IMG/VR virus record: IMGVR_UViG_3300044259_000056
Span: 1 to 64,000 of that record
DNA from: a virus
Taxonomy: Duplodnaviria; Caudoviricetes
DNA length: 64,000 nucleotides
Reading direction: 5' to 3' (one strand)
In this document: one piece after another, positions 28,610-39,046 of the stretch
Layout of the letters: each line of letters starts with the position of its first letter
Position numbering within the stretch: the stretch's first letter is position 1
Translations under genes and position numbers: made by a program
The notes under the pieces: generated by a model
What the model was told of the DNA's origin: nothing
What the model saw: the letters and a program-made list of their open reading frames with translations, nothing else
The model's database searches: none

Positions 28610-28945
28610 ATGGCTTTATGGTCACTTAATTGTGGTGGGGATGTTGATATATCTTATATAGAGACGTTAGAGGGAGAAGTATATTCATTTAGATTTCGTT
28701 GGAATGAAACAGATGAATCTTGGTCTTGTTATGTTGGATTACAAGGTGAAGATCCTGCAATAAGATTTAAAATGACAAATGGATTTGATTTATTAAAACC
28801 GTATAAATATCTTGATGGAGTACCAAAGGGGTTTTTATTGTTTTTTGATACTGTGAAGGTTAATGGTAGACCTGATTTTGAAAATACAGGAAATGATAAG
28901 AGGTATCAGGTTTATTATGTAGATTCTACAGGTATTGATTCTTAA
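28610..28945 (+). CDS. Baseplate protein
   Basis: YSFRFRWNETDESW motif and synteny. Confidence 0.7.
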   Translation: MALWSLNCGGDVDISYIETLEGEVYSFRFRWNETDESWSCYVGLQGEDPAIRFKMTNGFDLLKPYKYLDGVPKGFLLFFDTVKVNGRPDFENTGNDKRYQVYYVDSTGIDS

Positions 28946-28974
28946 TTGACTGTGTTTTATCAACATGTTATAAT
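28946..28974 (+). promoter_or_regulatory. Sigma70-like promoter
   Basis: TTGACT-17-TATAAT. Confidence 0.7.
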
Positions 28975-29001
28975 AAAGAAAGACGGTAAATAGGGGATAT
29001 T

Positions 29002-29958
29002 ATGGCAAGATGGTTACATGCTTACAGTTTGAAATTTGGAACAGGGGTGCCACTATCTAAGCTAATGGGAGAGAATGGTTCATTTATAAACCCCATAGAT
29101 ATTTCTTATAATATACAAAAATCAAATGCCAAACCAAATGCTTATGAATTAACTGAACATCACATAACGTTCAACATAAAAAAAGATAATAATAAAGAAC
29201 CTAATGAAAGTGAGATAGTAATATATAATGCATCAGATAACTTAGTTAATTATATTTCAAATAATATAAAAAACAATTTAGCTATCACTTTAGATGCAGG
29301 ATATATAGGGGAAGTAAAGAGATTATTTTCAGGTACGGTTGCAAAGATATCTGATAAAAAGCAAGGTGAAGATAGGATGACGACGTTGATGTGCAAGGAT
29401 GGTGCTGTCAATGTAAAGGAGTCTATTACAAGCCGGTCCTATCCAAAAGGGACACCAATAAAAAACATCTTTAAAGACCTCTCTTCTGATTTAGGGACAA
29501 CAGTAGGAAGGATAGCCATAGATGCACAACAGTCTGTTCTCCCCGGACCTATAGCTTTTGTAGGCTCTACTGCAAAAAATATCCATCGAATTGCTTCAAG
29601 TATAAATCATAATTTTTCTATTCAAGATGGTGCTTTATATATAACACCTGCTGATAAGAGATTAAAGAACTTTGTTACAGCAATTACACCAGAAACTGGT
29701 TTAATAGGTTCTCCGGAGACTTTATCTATGCATGAAACAAAAAATAAAAAGAATAAAAATCCCGGAGATGGTATTAAGTTCTCTTGCCAACTTGATGGTG
29801 CTATTACACCAGAAACCACTATTTATGTTAAGTCAAAAAATTATGATAATTATTTCAAGGTAACAAAAGTTACTCATAGTGGCTCTTATGAAGATGGTGA
29901 ATGGAAAACAGATGTTGAATGTGTTTATGTTTCCCAAGTTGCAGAGGAAAATAAATAA
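29002..29958 (+). CDS. Baseplate hub protein
   Basis: EIVIYN, LDAGY, FSIQDG, TGLIGSP motifs. Confidence 0.8.
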   Translation: MARWLHAYSLKFGTGVPLSKLMGENGSFINPIDISYNIQKSNAKPNAYELTEHHITFNIKKDNNKEPNESEIVIYNASDNLVNYISNNIKNNLAITLDAGYIGEVKRLFSGTVAKISDKKQGEDRMTTLMCKDGAVNVKESITSRSYPKGTPIKNIFKDLSSDLGTTVGRIAIDAQQSVLPGPIAFVGSTAKNIHRIASSINHNFSIQDGALYITPADKRLKNFVTAITPETGLIGSPETLSMHETKNKKNKNPGDGIKFSCQLDGAITPETTIYVKSKNYDNYFKVTKVTHSGSYEDGEWKTDVECVYVSQVAEENK

Positions 29959-30608
29959 TGAATCCTAATAAATTTAGTACAGCACTGAATGACTTGATTA
30001 TAGATAACCTTGCTGATGTTCATACAATAATTCCAGCAAAAATCTCATCAGTTGATTATGGGTCTGGTAGAGCTTCTGTACAGCCACTAATCCAGAATTA
30101 TGTTGGTGTAAATAAGATTCAAAACTATCCCCCATTGTCGGATGTCCCTTTGATGATTTTATCAGGAAATGCAGGTAAGTCAAGCATAACATTCCCTGTC
30201 TCTGCTGGGGATACTGTTCTTGTTTTATGCTCAGAAAGAGATCCAACTAATATTTTATCAGGCACAGGGGATACGCCACAGGCACCAATAGTCACGTCAC
30301 CACTTGGATTATATCCTGTAGGTATAATCCCATGTATTTATACATCAGGGTCTGCTAAAGCTATAGACAAGACTAAAGTGGTTCTTTCAAATGAGAAGGG
30401 AACTATTTCACTTTCACCAGATGGAACAATGGAATTAAAGAATAATGGTGGTAGATTAGTATTTAATTCAGATGGTTCTTTTAATATCAATGGTCTTATT
30501 ATAACACCTGATGGCCTTATTAAAGATTCTGCTGGAATACAGTTAAATACACATAAACATTCTGGTGTCAATCCGGGTGGCAGTGAAACACAGGGGCCAG
30601 TAGCATAA
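29958..30608 (+). CDS. Baseplate central spike (Gp138/GpV-like)
   Basis: ITFPVSAGDTVLV and terminal iron-binding HKH (THKHSGV). Confidence 0.85.
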   Translation: MNPNKFSTALNDLIIDNLADVHTIIPAKISSVDYGSGRASVQPLIQNYVGVNKIQNYPPLSDVPLMILSGNAGKSSITFPVSAGDTVLVLCSERDPTNILSGTGDTPQAPIVTSPLGLYPVGIIPCIYTSGSAKAIDKTKVVLSNEKGTISLSPDGTMELKNNGGRLVFNSDGSFNINGLIITPDGLIKDSAGIQLNTHKHSGVNPGGSETQGPVA

Positions 30609-30620
30609 TAAAGGGGTAAT

Positions 30621-31163
30621 ATGCCTTTTGATTTATTAATAGACCAGACAACTAATGATTTAGCTCTAGTAAATGGAGATTTAATTTTTACACAGAGCAA
30701 TCCTGTTGAGGTTGGGCAGCGTGTGGCAATGAAATTGAGAACTTTCGAGGGAGAATGGTTCCTCGATACAGATTATGGCATTCCGTTTCTAGACCAGATT
30801 ATTAATGCAAGAACAAAGAAAGAAGTGGATGCAATATATATTGGAGAAATAAGAGACGAGGATGGTGTAGAAAGTATCATTTCTTATTCTTCTAACCTTG
30901 ATAAGAACACAAGGTCTTATGAGGCGAATGTTACTATCAGCACAGCAGATGGCATTATTGAAATACCTATATATGATTCTCCAGCGACTCAGTGGCAATA
31001 TCCAATACCTTTAGTCACGGACCCATCTGCTGATTGTGGTTTCAATGCTGGCGTAGATTCAGTAGATCAACTAATAAATCTGACCAACAGACTCTTTCAG
31101 TTCATAAACATTAATGGCTTACCAGAGAGTGGAAATTCTACATGGATAAACACTTGGGCATAA
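30621..31163 (+). CDS. Baseplate wedge / sheath initiator (gp25-like)
   Basis: LRTFEGEWFLDTDYGIPF motif. Confidence 0.75.
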   Translation: MPFDLLIDQTTNDLALVNGDLIFTQSNPVEVGQRVAMKLRTFEGEWFLDTDYGIPFLDQIINARTKKEVDAIYIGEIRDEDGVESIISYSSNLDKNTRSYEANVTISTADGIIEIPIYDSPATQWQYPIPLVTDPSADCGFNAGVDSVDQLINLTNRLFQFININGLPESGNSTWINTWA

Positions 31164-31174
31164 AGAGGAAATAA

Positions 31175-32668
31175 ATGGCAGTTACAGATTATGGTGTTTT
31201 TTCATATGGATTACAAATACCGACATTTGAGGCATGGCAACAAGAGTACTTTTCCTTAGCCAAAACCACTTTTGGCCCGGATGTTAATGTTAATACAACT
31301 TCTGCAATAGGTCAACTTCTAAGTATTCCTTGTTATCAAGACATAACTATCTGGCAAATGTTACAGTCAGTTTATGATAGTCAAACATTAAATGGTGCAG
31401 AAGGTATCTTTCTTGATGATATTCTAAGTAGACGTGGTGTCTTTAGAAAACCTGCTAGTGCGGGAACAGGCTTTGCTTTTATACAGACAAATTCAGAAGC
31501 TGCATGGACATCTTCAATTGACACAAATTATTATTTTAGTGCAAGGAATGAAAAGAATTACAAAGTAACAACGACTTCACAGTACCGAGATAGGATTGGT
31601 GCTTATAAACTTTCTTTAACAGAATTACAAAATTCTCCTGTTTCACCTATTATATTTTATATGACGAATTTCACTACAGGTGAAACAAGAAGTCAAAGTA
31701 TATCTAATAACTCTGCTGGGTTGATATCTCTCCGTGATTTTATTATAGAAAATATTAGAACAGAAGACCAACCAAAAGTATTTATAAGTGCAGATATACT
31801 GTATGTAGGTTTTTCAACCAGTAATTTAGAAGATCCGAAAGGTTTAGTTTCAAGTATTTATTTTTATGCTTCAAGGAACATTGGGAATAAATGGTCATTG
31901 TTTCCTGTTGAATGTCAAGTTACGGGTGTTTTTGATTTATTTGTTGGAGATATTATAGGCATTACTCCAACACCTCCAATTGGATATGTATCTGTAGGAA
32001 ATTTTGAAGATTTTTATTCTGGAGCATCTGTGGAAACTGATGCAGAGTATAGGGCCAGATATAATGCCACTGCCGATGAATCTATTTCTGCAACAAGGCC
32101 TGCTGTATATAAAGCTGTGAGTGATTTAGATGGAGTGATGAAAGTAAGGATATATGATAATCCTACAACAACTGACCAGATTTATGCACCAAAACTTACT
32201 TTTAATACAGTAGTTTTGGGTGGTGTATCTGCTGAGATTGCTCAGACTATTTATAATAAAAAGCCTATTAATTCTCTTACATCAGGAACAGTTAGTACTA
32301 CGATAAATACAGAGGATGGTGGTACAGAGGTTATTAAATACACACCAGCAGAAACTGTTTCTTATGATATAAAATTCAGATACAAAAAGGTAAATGGTCT
32401 CGCATTAACTTCAGCAGAGATATCTTCAATAAGAAAATCTATTGATGAATTAGAAGCACTATTCCTAATAGGATCTGCAATATTTAATGCTCAGATTGAA
32501 GCAGTTATTTATAACAATACTAAATTTGGGGATATAATTTATCTTGAAACATTAACGAAGTTATCTTCTGATCCGGATACAAACTTCTCCACATCTAATA
32601 TAGAGCCACAATATTTCCAAGTCGTAAATATAAACTCAGATAATATTGTATTTGAGCAGGTGGTATAA
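31175..32668 (+). CDS. Baseplate J-like wedge protein
   Basis: AEGIFLD, ETDAEYRAR, LDGVMKVRIYDN. Confidence 0.85.
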   Translation: MAVTDYGVFSYGLQIPTFEAWQQEYFSLAKTTFGPDVNVNTTSAIGQLLSIPCYQDITIWQMLQSVYDSQTLNGAEGIFLDDILSRRGVFRKPASAGTGFAFIQTNSEAAWTSSIDTNYYFSARNEKNYKVTTTSQYRDRIGAYKLSLTELQNSPVSPIIFYMTNFTTGETRSQSISNNSAGLISLRDFIIENIRTEDQPKVFISADILYVGFSTSNLEDPKGLVSSIYFYASRNIGNKWSLFPVECQVTGVFDLFVGDIIGITPTPPIGYVSVGNFEDFYSGASVETDAEYRARYNATADESISATRPAVYKAVSDLDGVMKVRIYDNPTTTDQIYAPKLTFNTVVLGGVSAEIAQTIYNKKPINSLTSGTVSTTINTEDGGTEVIKYTPAETVSYDIKFRYKKVNGLALTSAEISSIRKSIDELEALFLIGSAIFNAQIEAVIYNNTKFGDIIYLETLTKLSSDPDTNFSTSNIEPQYFQVVNINSDNIVFEQVV

Positions 32669-33303
32669 TGAACGATGTTAACCATATTAAGACTAGAGAT
32701 GATCTAATTAGTGAAGCAACAGATTTACTATTAGAGCAATTTAAAAACAAAGAGATTTTTTTTAAACTTACTTATGTCATAGCTACAATGAAGCAGTATC
32801 TTTATAATGTGACAGCTTCACTTGGTTTGATAAGAACTATAGACAATGCAACAGGGGTTTTTCTTGATAATATTGGAGAAGAACTTGGTGTCCCAAGATT
32901 AACAGAAGATGATGACTCCTATAGACTTCTATTAAAAATAAGAGCATACAGAGTTAGGTCTTCTGCAACTAGACCTGAAATAATTGATCTGTTAGCTCGA
33001 TTTACAGGAACTCCCTCTAATACAGTAAGAACTTATGTTGGAGATTATAAGACAGTTGATTTAGCTTTTTACCCAAACTGTATAGACCCTTATGCTTCAG
33101 TTGAAGAACTCATAAAGATACTACCACTTGTTACTAATTACAGATTGATAGCACTTGAAGGAAGACCATTAGGTTTTTCCTCTATACATGACTCACCTAA
33201 TAAAGAATATAATTTCTCCCCAATAGTAGGCTCTATTTATGATGTTTATGGAGCCAATGGACAGGCAGGACATGTATCAAGTTTAATATCTTCTTCAATT
33301 TAA
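32668..33303 (+). CDS. Baseplate wedge protein (DUF2612-like)
   Basis: IDNATGVFLDNIGEELGVPR..DDSYR. Confidence 0.75.
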   Translation: MNDVNHIKTRDDLISEATDLLLEQFKNKEIFFKLTYVIATMKQYLYNVTASLGLIRTIDNATGVFLDNIGEELGVPRLTEDDDSYRLLLKIRAYRVRSSATRPEIIDLLARFTGTPSNTVRTYVGDYKTVDLAFYPNCIDPYASVEELIKILPLVTNYRLIALEGRPLGFSSIHDSPNKEYNFSPIVGSIYDVYGANGQAGHVSSLISSSI

Positions 33304-33309
33304 GAGGAA

Positions 33310-34182
33310 TTGATGTCACAACCTACTTTTTACCCAGAATGGGCAATTAATTCAGTAAATTTACCCAGCACTGGACAGTCTAATAAATCACGCCCAAAAG
33401 AGTCCTTAAGACTTACAGGATGGGATCCGGGACAACTATTAACTGCCGAAGAATGGAATTGGCAATTTAAAAACATTTATGATTGGATTTATCATTTTAA
33501 CACAGACTATTTTTTAAATGCAACAAGTTCTCCTACACCTTCAACATTAATGGAAAGAGATAGTTATGGATCAACTAATGTTGGAAAATCTTTGGGAATT
33601 AAGCAATCTGAAGATGAATCAAAAATAGATTTTATTAACTCTAGTGATGTGTCACAAGGAAATATAACTTTCAATTTTATCTCATCCTCTACCAATATAA
33701 CAAAACCAAGGTCTAATTCTTTACAAGAAACTGTCGGCAATGCTCTAGTAAGATATGATACACTTACAACAACAGTACAAAATCAAATTTACAATACACT
33801 CGTTGGTGTTCCTATCCCTTGGCCCACAAATTCAATTCCAACAAATTTTCTAAAAATGAATGGACAGAGTTTTAACACTTCCACATACCCTCTGTTAGCA
33901 CAAAGATATCCTTCTGGTGTGCTACCAGACTTAAGAGGTGAGTTTATTAGAGGTTGGGATGATTCCAGAGGTGTTGATTCAGGGAGAGGTTTGTTAAGTT
34001 GGCAAAACTTTGCTGTGGAAAATCACTCTCATTCTGTAGATTTGGTCAGAGGACAACTACAATCAAATGCTGACACAAACACAAATGAGGGTGTGTGGGG
34101 GACAGGTTCTACAGGGAGTTATGGTGGAAATGAGACTAGACCTCGCAACGTTGCTTTTTGTTATGTCACACTAATAGGATAA
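33310..34182 (+). CDS. Tail fibre protein with tail-collar domain
   Basis: VGVPIPWP...PDLRGEFIRGWDDSRGVD...ETRPRNVAF. Confidence 0.88.
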   Translation: MMSQPTFYPEWAINSVNLPSTGQSNKSRPKESLRLTGWDPGQLLTAEEWNWQFKNIYDWIYHFNTDYFLNATSSPTPSTLMERDSYGSTNVGKSLGIKQSEDESKIDFINSSDVSQGNITFNFISSSTNITKPRSNSLQETVGNALVRYDTLTTTVQNQIYNTLVGVPIPWPTNSIPTNFLKMNGQSFNTSTYPLLAQRYPSGVLPDLRGEFIRGWDDSRGVDSGRGLLSWQNFAVENHSHSVDLVRGQLQSNADTNTNEGVWGTGSTGSYGGNETRPRNVAFCYVTLIG

Positions 34183-34185
34183 TAT

Positions 34186-34779
34186 ATGAAATATGTTGAG
34201 TTGAAAAATGGGTTTGCTGTTGAAAATGGTTTTGTTAAAATATATCAATATCATACAGTCACTAAAGAATTCCTAGGTAGTACAGATGAATATTTAATGA
34301 TTGGAACAGGCATTCCTGCAAGCAGCACTGTTATTGCAACACCAAAATTTGAAAAAGGTTTTATTCCTATTTTTAATGAGACGGAGAAGTGTTGGAATTT
34401 ATTGGAAGACCATCGTGGTGAGAAGGTTTATAATAAAACCACAGGTAAAGAAGAAATAGTAGTTAATATGGGTAAAATTGACGGTTATACAAAAATACAA
34501 CCTACTACCCCTTTTGATGAGTGGAATACTGAAAGTAATACTTGGGTAACTAATACTGAAAAACAATCAATTTCAAAACAAGCTGAATTAGAAAAAACAA
34601 AACAAAATTTAAAGAATATTGCATTATCTAAAATAACTGAACTTAATTTTGCAGTAGAATTAAATATTGCAACTAAATCTGAACTTCTCCTACTGTCTAA
34701 ATTAAAAGCTTATGTTGTGGCGTTAAATAGACTAGACTTAACCTTAGAAAATATAGAGTGGCCTGACCTACCACAATAA
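34186..34779 (+). CDS. Tail fibre assembly chaperone (Tfa-like)
   Basis: EDHRGEKVY, PTTPFDEW, IEWPDLP. Confidence 0.88.
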   Translation: MKYVELKNGFAVENGFVKIYQYHTVTKEFLGSTDEYLMIGTGIPASSTVIATPKFEKGFIPIFNETEKCWNLLEDHRGEKVYNKTTGKEEIVVNMGKIDGYTKIQPTTPFDEWNTESNTWVTNTEKQSISKQAELEKTKQNLKNIALSKITELNFAVELNIATKSELLLLSKLKAYVVALNRLDLTLENIEWPDLPQ

Positions 34780-34788
34780 TGGGGAAAT

Positions 34789-35088
34789 ATGTTATCTTAT
34801 GCAATTATATGGGATGTACTAAAGGTAGCTTTTTTTCCCCTTGTTGGTGCAATTTGGGTAAGTATTACAAGGAAAATAAGCAACCTAGAAAATGGTATTG
34901 CTAGAGTAAAAGAAGAATCAACTTTATTAAAACAAGACCTCATTAGACTGGAAGAAAGAGCAGTTACTAAAGAGGAACTGCAAAAGTTATTAAATGAGTT
35001 TGAGGTGAGAATAGATAAGACAATTGCACAGAACCTAAAACCTCTAGAAGTATTGATCAAACAAGCTATCACAAAGGATGGGGAGTAG
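34789..35088 (+). CDS. Small membrane protein (holin/antiholin-like)
   Basis: One N-terminal TM followed by a coiled coil. Confidence 0.5.
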   Translation: MLSYAIIWDVLKVAFFPLVGAIWVSITRKISNLENGIARVKEESTLLKQDLIRLEERAVTKEELQKLLNEFEVRIDKTIAQNLKPLEVLIKQAITKDGE

Positions 35089-35569
35089 GATGCTACTCCC
35101 AGAACAATATTTAGTAATATATTTTATAACATACTTTTTGTCAAAAGATAAAAAAGTAAGATATCTATGTTCTTATATAACTATATGTTTTTTATTAGAT
35201 GAGATAGTAAGAATTATATTTAAATCCTCATATGAATTTATAATTATTTCCTACTTAATGGAGATTATAATCGGTGTAGTGTTTATTTCTTACTGTAAAA
35301 GTGTTATGGTCAGATCCATATTATTTTTAATAGTAATTGGATACCTCTTTCATCTCTCTGTATTAACATCTATTAATTTTTTACTTTATCGTGATGATAT
35401 TATATCTTACTTTTTATATGAAGTCAGTAGTAATTTAGGATATTTTTTGAATGAGATTATTATCTCATTCTTACTTATAATTCTATCTCATTCTTATAAA
35501 TATGATGCAAGGTCTTTAAGCATTTACCTTGTAATAATAACAAATTACATAAGTCTAATATTACTTTAA
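35078..35569 (+). CDS. Polytopic membrane protein
   Basis: About 5 hydrophobic segments. Confidence 0.6.
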   Translation: MGSRMLLPEQYLVIYFITYFLSKDKKVRYLCSYITICFLLDEIVRIIFKSSYEFIIISYLMEIIIGVVFISYCKSVMVRSILFLIVIGYLFHLSVLTSINFLLYRDDIISYFLYEVSSNLGYFLNEIIISFLLIILSHSYKYDARSLSIYLVIITNYISLILL

Positions 35570-35578
35570 GGGGGAAGT

Positions 35579-36580
35579 TTGGCTATTACTTATCCAGCCA
35601 CCACCTATGAACAAGCAATAGAAATGATATTGTTTGAATCTAATCAGTTATCTAAAATTGTTAATGGAACATCTAATGAGGAGATAACACTAAATGATGA
35701 AAGTTTGATCCCATCTTTAAGAAAAATGTTCTTGGATAATTTTCATTTTAAGTCTCCAATAGATTGGCAGGCTGGGCAAACTGCAACAATCTTTAATCAA
35801 CTTTATCGCTATAATGATAGTGGTAATTATCTATTGTATTATGCACCTTTTGCTTCATCTAGTAACCCAATTACATTAGGAGTTACCCCAAGTCAGGATT
35901 TTGTTATATTTCCAAGAGAAGACTTAAGTCTTTATGCCCCATTAATGAGTCCAACATTTACTGGTGTACCTACAGCATTAACCGCCACAAATGAAACTAA
36001 TACGACACAACTAGCCACCACAGCTTTTGTGCAAAATGTAATAAATAGTACTTTTGTTGGTATACCTCTCCCTTGGCCACTATCCTCCGTACCTTCTGGG
36101 TGGCTCAGATGCAATGGGCAATCATTTAATACAATAACATACCCGCTACTTGCAATGGCATACCCATCTGGGACACTCCCAGATCTCCGTGGAGAATTTA
36201 TTCGTGGCTGGGATGATTCAAGGGGTGTTGATGGAGTCTCAGGAAGGTCATTATTATCATGGGAACCAGCCTCATTACTTTGTACAGCGGTTGGTCCGGA
36301 TGCATTACATCAAATTGTTATTGAGGGGATTACACCCAATAGCGCTACTGTAGCAGACTTTAACTCTGGGGTAGGCACAGATTTTGTTAGTGACTCAGAC
36401 TATTCTAGTACATTAAAAGGGATCTCAGCAGCTTCCTCAGATTTATCATATACAGGCAACTCCGCAGGTGTTCCTACTAGTATAGAAATGAATAGACCAT
36501 TAAACTCTAACACAGGGGTACTGGTTGGTGGTATGCGTCCCCGCAACATTGCCTTTAACTACATTGTCAGAGCAGCATAA
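35579..36580 (+). CDS. Second tail fibre protein (spike-type N-terminal anchor plus collar domain)
   Basis: APLMSPTFTGVPTA...TQLATTAFV repeat, collar domain, C-terminal RPRNIAFNYIVRAA. Confidence 0.85.
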   Translation: MAITYPATTYEQAIEMILFESNQLSKIVNGTSNEEITLNDESLIPSLRKMFLDNFHFKSPIDWQAGQTATIFNQLYRYNDSGNYLLYYAPFASSSNPITLGVTPSQDFVIFPREDLSLYAPLMSPTFTGVPTALTATNETNTTQLATTAFVQNVINSTFVGIPLPWPLSSVPSGWLRCNGQSFNTITYPLLAMAYPSGTLPDLRGEFIRGWDDSRGVDGVSGRSLLSWEPASLLCTAVGPDALHQIVIEGITPNSATVADFNSGVGTDFVSDSDYSSTLKGISAASSDLSYTGNSAGVPTSIEMNRPLNSNTGVLVGGMRPRNIAFNYIVRAA

Positions 36581-36582
36581 AG

Positions 36583-36612
36583 AAAGCCCCTAATCTTAGG
36601 GGCTTTTATTTT
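36583..36612. terminator. Bidirectional terminator between convergent late and replication arms
   Basis: AAAGCCCCTAA..TTAGGGGCTTTT. Confidence 0.85.
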
Positions 36613-36617
36613 AACAA

Positions 36618-37370
36618 TCAGAACGGGATGTCATCATCCCAATCTCCTCTAGGTTCATCTGGTAGAGAAGAGACTTCATTTTCTTTTTTAGGAGTATCGT
36701 CTTTCTTAATTTCCCCTTTTACAGCTTTAATACTGAAAGGGACAACATTATCTAGGTAATTATTAACAAAGTCTTCCACTTCTTGAAGGTCTTTCACATA
36801 CATTGCCGCTACAGCCAGAGATTGCCCCACTGTTTGACCAATTTCATACTCTGTAAGTTCTTGGTGTTTATTTGTAAAGTTCTCCTTAACTTTTTTAGCA
36901 AGAGCTGCAAAAAACACCATTGTACCTTCAATTGTTTTTTGATCAGGCAGTTTCCCCTTAAAGAAATTAAATGCGCATGTTCGCACATTTCCTGCTTCTA
37001 CCCCTGTTGTATCTTTCTTCCCACCAGATTTTTGACCCTGTTGTTGAACACTCTGATTAGCTGTTCTATTTGGCTGAGGGTGAGACTCCTGTTCTGGTGA
37101 TTTCTCAATAACTGTTAAATCACTTTTCTTGGCATTTTTATATTTACCATCATCCTCATATTTCAAGAAAATACTATCCCCCACTTTCACATCATAATAC
37201 CCTTTACCTTCCTTAATAGTAAATGTTTCTCGTTTACCTCCACCAAATCCTACCCATGAATCATCATCTAATTGAAGACTCAGACGAAAAAGATTCTGAA
37301 ATTTGTCTGGTTCTGGCAATGCTTTTGCAAAGACACGTTTTACCTTACCTTGAAATGTTTTAATAGTCAT
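36618..37370 (-). CDS. Single-stranded DNA-binding protein (putative)
   Basis: OB-like N-terminus and C-terminal DWDDDIPF tail; SD AGGAG before ATG 37370. Confidence 0.65.
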   Translation of the reverse strand: MTIKTFQGKVKRVFAKALPEPDKFQNLFRLSLQLDDDSWVGFGGGKRETFTIKEGKGYYDVKVGDSIFLKYEDDGKYKNAKKSDLTVIEKSPEQESHPQPNRTANQSVQQQGQKSGGKKDTTGVEAGNVRTCAFNFFKGKLPDQKTIEGTMVFFAALAKKVKENFTNKHQELTEYEIGQTVGQSLAVAAMYVKDLQEVEDFVNNYLDNVVPFSIKAVKGEIKKDDTPKKENEVSSLPDEPRGDWDDDIPF

Positions 37371-37386
37371 ATTTATACTCTCCTGT

Positions 37387-39018
37387 TTAGTGAATCTCTG
37401 AATATTTTTTACCAAATTGTACGTCTACATCTAATTTACGTCTTAAATTGAATTCTTTATTTACATCTTCTACTGCCCCTTTTATCAATGATTTAAATTC
37501 AGATTTAAATTTTTCTGTATCTTTAAAACTAAACATTACTTCATCATGCATCTGCAATTGTATTTTATTTACCCCGAATTTCTCTTTTTGTCTCCGTAGG
37601 ATGTGTTTCAACCACATATCAAAGAAATAACTTCCTGAACCCTGACAGAGTGTTGAGAACACATCTTTTTTAGCTCTGATTGCATACATAAAACCATTGA
37701 TAGGGTTAACTAACCAGAGTTTGTGTAAATTATTATAACCTTCTTCAGAAGGGAATTCAACTAAAAATTGTTCTTCTGCAATTGCCTGAACAGACCAGTT
37801 AAGTTTCCAATATGATTCATGTAATAACTTACCTGTCGTTAAATCTACCCCAGCAGTCTGAGAGATTTTAGGTGCCCCGGCCCCGTACACAGCACTGTAG
37901 TTGCAATTACCAGTAATTGTTAGAACATTCCCTTGTCTAATAAGGAAATTGCCATTTTCTGTTATAAGGCAAAAAACATCTGTATCTCTAGTATATTGTT
38001 TTCTTAGACGCTGACAAGTAATATGTGGCCTACCCTGTGCACTAATTTGCATATTACTTTTACTCTTATAGCTAACAGTAGTGTTTTTCCCTGTTAAGTG
38101 TAAAGCCAATTGAATGGCATCATAAACCCTACCAAGATTTTGATAAATAATTAAAGATTTTTTACTCTTACCTTTTTCACTAGTCAATCCATCTGCTTTC
38201 CAAAAAGCATCAATAAAAGAGTGAAGAGATTCTGTATTTAGACTACAAATCCATTGGGTATAATCAATCTCATGTTTACTCTTTAAAGGAAGTCCAACAG
38301 ATTTAATAAAATTTCTTGCGTCTACTGAAGGTATTGTTAAAGAAAGAACACCATTGCTTGCCGTTATTTTATCTTCACGATAAGTTAGGTTTAGTTTTTC
38401 TAATAATTCTTTTATTTCATTTAAATATTTTTTTGGTGACTGAGCTATTGACATTCTAACATACTGCCGTTGTCCCATTTTGCCTTGAGAAGTTTTCTTA
38501 GTCAACTTTGAAACATGCAGATACCCATCAGATAAAATCCAACCTAATAAACGTGCTTGATCTGGTGAAACAGAACTATCACCACCAATATACTCTCCTG
38601 TTGTAATAATATTCATATCAGAATTAACTTTATCAGTTTCTTCATAAAAAGTTTTTACCCAAGGATTAGACTTAGTTCTTACACGTTTATCCACCAACCA
38701 TTTATGATTACCAGTTGACTCTACACACCATGAACGGTGTGAAAGTGTCTTTACAGGTTGACATTCATAAAAAACTTTATCTAAGACTTTACACCAAACT
38801 TGTTTACGTTCCTTATTCAAGGACATAACATATTCACCAGACTTGATCTCATTAAAACTCTTCCAGCCATCTTGGGTTAAGACTTCAGTGTTATCAACAG
38901 GCAAACAAGATTTACCTAATTTTCTTGCTGAAGATATTCTTTCAATTATCTTCTTTTGTTCTTCTGGTGGCAATGCTTTCATTTCTTCAAAACTTAAACC
39001 TCTTTTATTCATATGCAC
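37387..39018 (-). CDS. Family A DNA polymerase, C-terminal part (motifs B and C) with intein
   Basis: RKLGKS|CNYSAVYG after intein removal; QGSG and QMHDE motifs. Confidence 0.9.
   Translation of the reverse strand: MHMNKRGLSFEEMKALPPEEQKKIIERISSARKLGKSCLPVDNTEVLTQDGWKSFNEIKSGEYVMSLNKERKQVWCKVLDKVFYECQPVKTLSHRSWCVESTGNHKWLVDKRVRTKSNPWVKTFYEETDKVNSDMNIITTGEYIGGDSSVSPDQARLLGWILSDGYLHVSKLTKKTSQGKMGQRQYVRMSIAQSPKKYLNEIKELLEKLNLTYREDKITASNGVLSLTIPSVDARNFIKSVGLPLKSKHEIDYTQWICSLNTESLHSFIDAFWKADGLTSEKGKSKKSLIIYQNLGRVYDAIQLALHLTGKNTTVSYKSKSNMQISAQGRPHITCQRLRKQYTRDTDVFCLITENGNFLIRQGNVLTITGNCNYSAVYGAGAPKISQTAGVDLTTGKLLHESYWKLNWSVQAIAEEQFLVEFPSEEGYNNLHKLWLVNPINGFMYAIRAKKDVFSTLCQGSGSYFFDMWLKHILRRQKEKFGVNKIQLQMHDEVMFSFKDTEKFKSEFKSLIKGAVEDVNKEFNLRRKLDVDVQFGKKYSEIH
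37906..38907 (-). mobile_element. LAGLIDADG intein in DNA polymerase motif B (334 aa)
   Basis: Starts CLPVDNTEVLTQDGW; LLGWILSDG and AFWKADG blocks; ends ITGN; +1 residue is Cys. Confidence 0.93.
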
Positions 39019-39046
39019 TCTTCTCTATAAATAGACCAAGAAACTG

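Noticed and set aside
33310-36580. DGR or invertible tail-fibre cassette
   Set aside because: No reverse transcriptase, adenine-specific template/variable repeat pair, invertase or flanking inverted repeats were seen in the window.
39019-39046. Group I intron or single sequencing indel explaining the split polymerase
   Set aside because: 28 nt cannot hold a ribozyme core, and stops in both relevant frames require two events.
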